From: an uncultured Actinomycetota bacterium
GTDB lineage: Bacteria > Actinomycetota > Actinomycetes > JAHEKZ01
Assembly (NCBI GenBank): GCA_963829525.1
Contig: CAWHIJ010000003.1
Span: forward strand, 2,016,001-2,080,000
Length of the DNA: 64,000 nucleotides
Direction of reading: 5' to 3'
The notes beneath the pieces are model-generated. The model made no database searches. It was not told the DNA's origin and worked only from the letters and a program-made list of their open reading frames with translations. How positions within the stretch are numbered: the first letter of the stretch is position 1; each line of letters begins with the position of its first letter. The translations under genes and the position numbers were made by a program. Positions 59,303 through 64,000 of this stretch are shown piece after piece.

Positions 59303-60739
59303 TCAGCCGCGGTACTCCGGCACTGGCTCGGGTTCGGTCATCTTGTCGCGCTGGGCAAGGTAGACAGGGATCCCAACGAGGAAAGCGACTCCGGCCATGA
59401 TGAACGGCGCGTACTCCTTCAGGAATGGCTCTCCGGTCATCCTGGAGTACCAGATGAAGAGCAACGAGAACACGAGAGCCACGATGGCCACCGCAACGTC
59501 GCGGGCAAACCGGGGGGTGTGAATCTGCCGGTGGTCGACGAACCGCCACTTCAACTGGGCGAGGGCAGAGAACGCATAGGGAATGGCTGCCGTGATGCCG
59601 GACATGTAGACAAGGACATTGAAGACGTCGTAGCCGGCGTTACCGATGAACGACACCATCATGGCCACCGAGGCAAGTACGGTACTGCTCACGATGCCGA
59701 AGACCGGCATCTGACGCCTGGACAGATGTGCAAACCGAGCTGGGAAGACACCATCTCGGGCCGCAGCCATCGGCATTTCGGCACAGATCATCGTCCAGCC
59801 GACAAGGGCACCAAAACCAGAGACAATCACAGCAAGTGCAGCCGCCTGGCTTGCCCAAGGACCCCACATCTCGCCGAATGCGGTGGAGAACGGGGCTGCG
59901 GACTCACTGAGTGCGGGGCTTCCCACGATGCCAAAGACTGCAAAGAGGGAGAGCAGGTAGACGACCGCCGCCGCAAGAGTTCCGAAAATGGTTGCACGTG
60001 GGACGTTACGGTCCGGGTCCTCGACCCGGCCAGCAGCAACGGCCGCCGTCTCGACGCCCAGATAGCTGAAGAGGCAGAGAGCCATCGCTCCGCCAATCGC
60101 GGCCGTCGTGCCTTCGCCACTCACATTGAACGGAGTCAGGTTTCCAGTCGAGACGTATAGCAGGCCTATGGTCGACATGATCGCCAACGGGACAAACTTG
60201 ATGATCGACGTCCAGTACTGGAAGGACGCCATGTTCTTCATCCCGCTCGCGTTAATGGCCGCAGGGAGCCACAGCCCGGCAAGACAGAGGCTGATCGCCA
60301 GCAGGTTGACCTCGGTGCCGGCAATGACCAGCGTCCAACCAAGCGTCCAGTACTCAGCCAGGAAGTACTGGACATAGAACACCCACCCAACCACGATCGC
60401 GGCATTCCCCGACCATGCCGTGATCCAGTAGAGCCATGCGTTCGAGAATCCGGTTGCGTTTCCAAAGGCGGCGCGCGCGTAGGCGTACGGACCTCCGTCA
60501 GCGGGAAGCCGCCGCGACATCGTGGCGAACAACACAGCCAGGGAGAGTGCCCCGACCGTAGTCAGCGCCATTGCCACCAGGCTGATCGGTCCATAGGCGG
60601 CCAACGACCCGGGGAGGTTGAAGATCCCAACCCCGATGATCGTGCCGACAATCAGTGCCGTGCTCTGCGGCAGCCTCATCCGAGGGGAAGCCGTAGCCGC
60701 TGGTGAGTTCTCGCGCCGAGCCGGCGCAAACGTTGTCAT
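59303..60739 (-). CDS. amino acid/polyamine permease (APC family)
   Basis: GTIIGVGIF.LP, GGPYAY, FSYLGVE, PDRNVPRA, ARDGVFP, 12 TM segments. Confidence 0.92.
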   Translation of the reverse strand: MTTFAPARRENSPAATASPRMRLPQSTALIVGTIIGVGIFNLPGSLAAYGPISLVAMALTTVGALSLAVLFATMSRRLPADGGPYAYARAAFGNATGFSNAWLYWITAWSGNAAIVVGWVFYVQYFLAEYWTLGWTLVIAGTEVNLLAISLCLAGLWLPAAINASGMKNMASFQYWTSIIKFVPLAIMSTIGLLYVSTGNLTPFNVSGEGTTAAIGGAMALCLFSYLGVETAAVAAGRVEDPDRNVPRATIFGTLAAAVVYLLSLFAVFGIVGSPALSESAAPFSTAFGEMWGPWASQAAALAVIVSGFGALVGWTMICAEMPMAAARDGVFPARFAHLSRRQMPVFGIVSSTVLASVAMMVSFIGNAGYDVFNVLVYMSGITAAIPYAFSALAQLKWRFVDHRQIHTPRFARDVAVAIVALVFSLLFIWYSRMTGEPFLKEYAPFIMAGVAFLVGIPVYLAQRDKMTEPEPVPEYRG

Positions 60740-60846
60740 CTCGCACGCTCCCTGAACGAACCGACATCACAAAGACGCCGGATCTGACTCTAGGAAACCG
60801 CAACCGATGACTGTGGACAACGGCCAAAAGACCTACGAATCCTGAC

Positions 60847-61122
60847 CTAGAACCAGGCCTTCTTCTCGACCATGTAGAGCTGGTAGAACTCCGCGTCCGA
60901 CTTGGTGAGGTAAATGATGCCCTCAATCAGGCCGACGATCGAGCCAACGCCGCAGGTGAAGACGGTGATCAGGATGCGATAGATGCCGCCGGGTGTGTCC
61001 CCCAGCAGGAACCGGTGGATCCCCAATCCCCCGAGGATGATCCCCATGATCCCGCAAAGAATCTTCTTGGAGTTCACGTCGGGCGGAAGTGCTGGCTGTC
61101 CCATAGGTTGCTCGGTGCTCAT
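60847..61122 (-). CDS. TM2-domain protein
   Basis: KKI..GI.GI.LG.LGIHRFLLG, IEGIIYLTKSD..F...Y...K.WF. GAGAGG RBS. Confidence 0.9.
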   Translation of the reverse strand: MSTEQPMGQPALPPDVNSKKILCGIMGIILGGLGIHRFLLGDTPGGIYRILITVFTCGVGSIVGLIEGIIYLTKSDAEFYQLYMVEKKAWF

Positions 61123-61251
61123 GTCGACCTCTCTTGTCGGCTCGGTGCCGGATGGCATCCTACGCAGCCGCCCCGGCCAAGTCAGCCAGTGACGCCCACA
61201 TGTTGCGGACTAGCTTTCGCCGAAACCGGACGAGGCGCGATACTCGCACCA

Positions 61252-63645
61252 ATGCTCTCCTTCTCCAGCTGCACCCTTGATGTCGCGGGTCGGGTGCTGA
61301 CGCTGAACGGTCGCGTCCAGCATCTCGAGCCGCAAGCCTTCGATGTCTTGGTGCACCTGCTGGAGAACCGCGAACGCGTCGTTGCCAAACAGGAGCTCTT
61401 GGAAACCATCTGGGGTGGGCAGTGGGTCTCCGAATCCGCCCTCACCACCAGAGTCAAGGAAATCAGGCGGGCGACCGGCGACACCGGCGAAGCCCAGGCC
61501 GTGGTTCGTACTGTTCGAGGGCATGGCTATCAGTTTGTGGCCGCAGTGGCGGAGGACAGAAGTTGGGATTCTTCGCCGCATCGACTAGTGGGGCGCGCCC
61601 GCGACATGCAAGAGCTCAGTCAGCGAGTTCAGCCAGGGGCGCTGGTGACGCTGGTCGGGCCTGGTGGAGTCGGGAAGACGACCCTGGCACGCACCTTGGT
61701 GGCCCAGTCGGCCGCTCGCTTCACCGAAGGTGCCATCGTCGTGGATCTCACGGTGCTGAACGACTCATCGCAACTCTTGGGCGCCGTTGCGCGTACAGCC
61801 AAGGCGGTGGAGCCGCCTGACAGCAAGCTCTCGTCGACGCTGAGTGCACTCGATGCCGTCCTGCTGCTCGATGATGCGGACGACCTCGTGCCCGAAGTGG
61901 CCCAGCTCTGTGCAGAGCTGGCTGAAAACCCCGATCGCCTTGCGGTAGTTGTCACCTCGAGAGAGCGCCTCGGCGTCCGTGGAGAGCAGCTCTGGCCCGT
62001 GCTTCCGCTCTCAGCTTCCGCTGCTCGAGAGCTGCTCGCGGCCAGGGCACGCGACCTCGCACCACTCGGTAGCCTCAGGGCGGCAGCCCCCGCGGATCTG
62101 GACGCCCTGAGCTCCGCGGTGGACCGCTTGCCCTTGGCTCTGGAGATGCTCGCCGGTATGAGCGCCGTTCTCGGGGTCGACGACCTCTCGGCACTGGTCG
62201 ATGCCCGACTCGACCTCATCACGACCGCACAACGCAGCACCCCTAAACGCCACCAGTCGCTCCAGCTGCTCGTGGCTGGTTCGATCAATCGGCTCGACGC
62301 TCATGCATTGGATGCGCTGACGGCGCTCACCAGCTTCGCCGGCGCCTTCACCCTCATCGACGCTGCGGCAGTTGTGAATGAAGGTGACAATGGCCTGTCG
62401 GTGGTTCGGGAACTGGTCGACCGTTCGCTGCTCTCCCCCGTCGATAGTGCCGACGAGCCGCGATTCCAGATGCTCCGCACGGTGCACCAAGCCGTCCTGA
62501 GTAAGGCCGATTCCGGGGAGCTGGAAGCAGCCGCTCGGCGGCATGCCGAGCTGGTGATCGCAGCACTCGATCACGCGGACGCACAGCTACGGGGTACTGA
62601 GGAAGCCCGCGGGGCTGGGGCGTTCGAACGGCTGGCGGACGAGGCACGCGTTGCTCACGCTTGGGCCCGCCGACGCGACCCGGCCCTGGCCGTTCGCCTC
62701 ACGGCGGCACTGCACCTGTACGCCTACTCGCGACTCTGGGCCGAACCCGCACGGTGGGCAGAGGCGATCGCGGGCAGCGCAGGTCAGCAGGGGTCAGTGC
62801 TGGTGGCTCTGGCCTCGCAAGCTGCGCAAGAGGGGCGACTGGCCGAGGCCGCAACCTCGTCCGAGAGGTTGCTTGCGGATGATGACTCGCGGGTGCGTGC
62901 TTGGGCACTGGAAGTGCTCTCCGACGTCGGGATCTACCGAGGAGATCTCGAGCGAGCGAGGGAGTGCTCGCTCGCTCTGATCGACCTGGGGAAGGAGCAC
63001 GGCGAGCCCCGAATGGTTGCCATTGGGCTGACCAATGCCGCGCTCTCGTGGCTCTACCAAGGACGCCCGGACCAAACGATCATGCTCCTGGACACCTACG
63101 CCCGCGATGTCATCGATTCGTGCGCGCCGTCAGAGCAGGCGTGGCTCGCGTTCGCCCGCGGCGAGGCACTCGCCGAGATCGACGCCAACGCCGCTGATGG
63201 ATTCCTGCTCGAGTCAGTCCGGCTGGGCAACAGCGTCGGCAACAGATTCGTGGCCGGTATCGCCACCTCAGTACTTGCCGCGCTGGAGGCCGAACGAGGC
63301 AATCTCAAGGGTGCGGCCGCGTCCTACATCGAAGTTCTTGGAACGTTCCTTCGACAGGGAAACGTCACCCATCTGACCACCTTCCTGCGCAACATAGTCC
63401 CGCTGCTGGCGAGCCTGGGCGAGGCAGCCACCGCCGCCGTTGTTGGTGCGTGGGTACTCGGACCCTCGGCAAGGCCCAGCTATGGACCAGATGTCGAGGC
63501 AGCCCTCGCAACGCTAGAAACCCTCCGGGGCAGCCACGGCGATACGCAGCTGGAAACCTGGACTGAGCAGGGCCGGCCTCTCACCGCACCCGAGGCAGCA
63601 GAGTTGGCCCTTGTCGCACTACGCCGGCACACCGAGTCCAGCTGA
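61252..63645 (+). CDS. winged-helix (OmpR/CadC-type) + STAND ATPase + TPR-like transcriptional regulator
   Basis: LEPQAFDVL..LL.NR.RVV.K.ELL..IW, VRTVRGHGYQF, Walker A GPGGVGKT, LLLDD, TSRERL, LPLALE. Confidence 0.9.
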   Translation: MLSFSSCTLDVAGRVLTLNGRVQHLEPQAFDVLVHLLENRERVVAKQELLETIWGGQWVSESALTTRVKEIRRATGDTGEAQAVVRTVRGHGYQFVAAVAEDRSWDSSPHRLVGRARDMQELSQRVQPGALVTLVGPGGVGKTTLARTLVAQSAARFTEGAIVVDLTVLNDSSQLLGAVARTAKAVEPPDSKLSSTLSALDAVLLLDDADDLVPEVAQLCAELAENPDRLAVVVTSRERLGVRGEQLWPVLPLSASAARELLAARARDLAPLGSLRAAAPADLDALSSAVDRLPLALEMLAGMSAVLGVDDLSALVDARLDLITTAQRSTPKRHQSLQLLVAGSINRLDAHALDALTALTSFAGAFTLIDAAAVVNEGDNGLSVVRELVDRSLLSPVDSADEPRFQMLRTVHQAVLSKADSGELEAAARRHAELVIAALDHADAQLRGTEEARGAGAFERLADEARVAHAWARRRDPALAVRLTAALHLYAYSRLWAEPARWAEAIAGSAGQQGSVLVALASQAAQEGRLAEAATSSERLLADDDSRVRAWALEVLSDVGIYRGDLERARECSLALIDLGKEHGEPRMVAIGLTNAALSWLYQGRPDQTIMLLDTYARDVIDSCAPSEQAWLAFARGEALAEIDANAADGFLLESVRLGNSVGNRFVAGIATSVLAALEAERGNLKGAAASYIEVLGTFLRQGNVTHLTTFLRNIVPLLASLGEAATAAVVGAWVLGPSARPSYGPDVEAALATLETLRGSHGDTQLETWTEQGRPLTAPEAAELALVALRRHTESS

Positions 63646-63657
63646 AACGAAGCGGCG

Positions 63658-63687
63658 ATCCTCAGGCACTCCCCACGTCATCCTCAT
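63658..63687 (+). promoter_or_regulatory. three phased direct repeats (winged-helix activator site)
   Basis: ATCCTCAG (63658), CTCCCCAC (63669), ATCCTCAT (63680), exact 11-bp period. Confidence 0.6.
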
Positions 63688-63720
63688 GCATCGGCGGCAT
63701 AAATCTGCTCAACTCATGGC

Positions 63721-64000
63721 ATGACAACACAGCACACGGGCGACCTCGTACCCGATGACCTGATGCTCACCGACGGCGGCCTCGAGACGGTCCTGGTCTT
63801 CGAAGACGGGATGGACCTCCCCGCCTTTGCCGCATTTCCCCTTCTCGACACCGATACCGGCAAGGATCGACTCCGCCGGTACTACCGTGACTACATGGTG
63901 CTGGCTGCCGAGGCCGACGCCGGGTACGTCCTGGAGACCCCCACCTGGCGTGCGAACCCCGACTGGGGCGCTCAGCTGGACTACTCGCGCAACGACCTGC
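63721..64000 (+). CDS. homocysteine S-methyltransferase family protein, 3'-truncated by window edge
   Basis: Not in the ORF track. Manual translation gives MTTQHTGDLVPDDLMLTDGGLETVLVFEDGMDLPAFAAFPLL...LETPTWRANPDWG. Confidence 0.88.
   Translation, partial: MTTQHTGDLVPDDLMLTDGGLETVLVFEDGMDLPAFAAFPLLDTDTGKDRLRRYYRDYMVLAAEADAGYVLETPTWRANPDWGAQLDYSRNDL

Noticed and set aside
60812-60820. DnaA-box-like TTGTCCACA (also at 2450-2458)
   Set aside because: Isolated single boxes with no cluster or AT-rich unwinding element, so not an origin.
63646-63720. SAM riboswitch upstream of the homocysteine methyltransferase
   Set aside because: The 75-nt gap is too short once a promoter is allowed for, and it lacks recognisable SAM-I/IV core elements.

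Overview
High-GC Actinomycetia chromosome segment, probably from a metagenome-assembled genome. About 59 CDS are supported. I saw no rRNA, tRNA, CRISPR, IS or integrase. Positions 1-36.2 kb are the conserved actinobacterial block: partial fadB-like gene, dxs, acnA, TRAM-RNA methyltransferase, KimA-like APC transporter with two divergent trkA genes, DUF3159/OB-fold/DUF3710, dut, PaaI, DUF3093/4235/4193, suhB, hemH, MFS, sepH, DUF5998, Pat-type acetyltransferase, and topoisomerase IV-type parC and parE. A VOC / DHFR-like / rifampin ADP-ribosyltransferase (arr) trio lies between parC and parE. Positions 36.3-64 kb are an accessory-looking mosaic: TetR with a Tat-exported amidohydrolase, lipoprotein, amidase, ALDH, carboxyethyl-ornithine synthase-like enzyme, cyclase-STAND-TPR protein, 1-Cys peroxiredoxin, a ferric-reductase/FMN-binding/ApbE flavinylation operon, CLC, fused formiminotransferase-cyclodeaminase, an APC permease and a wHTH-STAND regulator followed by a homocysteine methyltransferase. 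Four genes between 31.4 and 40.6 kb carry single-base frameshifts, probably sequencing error. No unambiguous new system is visible. The best leads are a membrane protein with a degenerate CDP-alcohol phosphotransferase Asp signature, the wHTH-STAND regulator with phased repeats, the flavinylation operon, and several well-defined operator sites. All family assignments come from motif recognition, not database searches.
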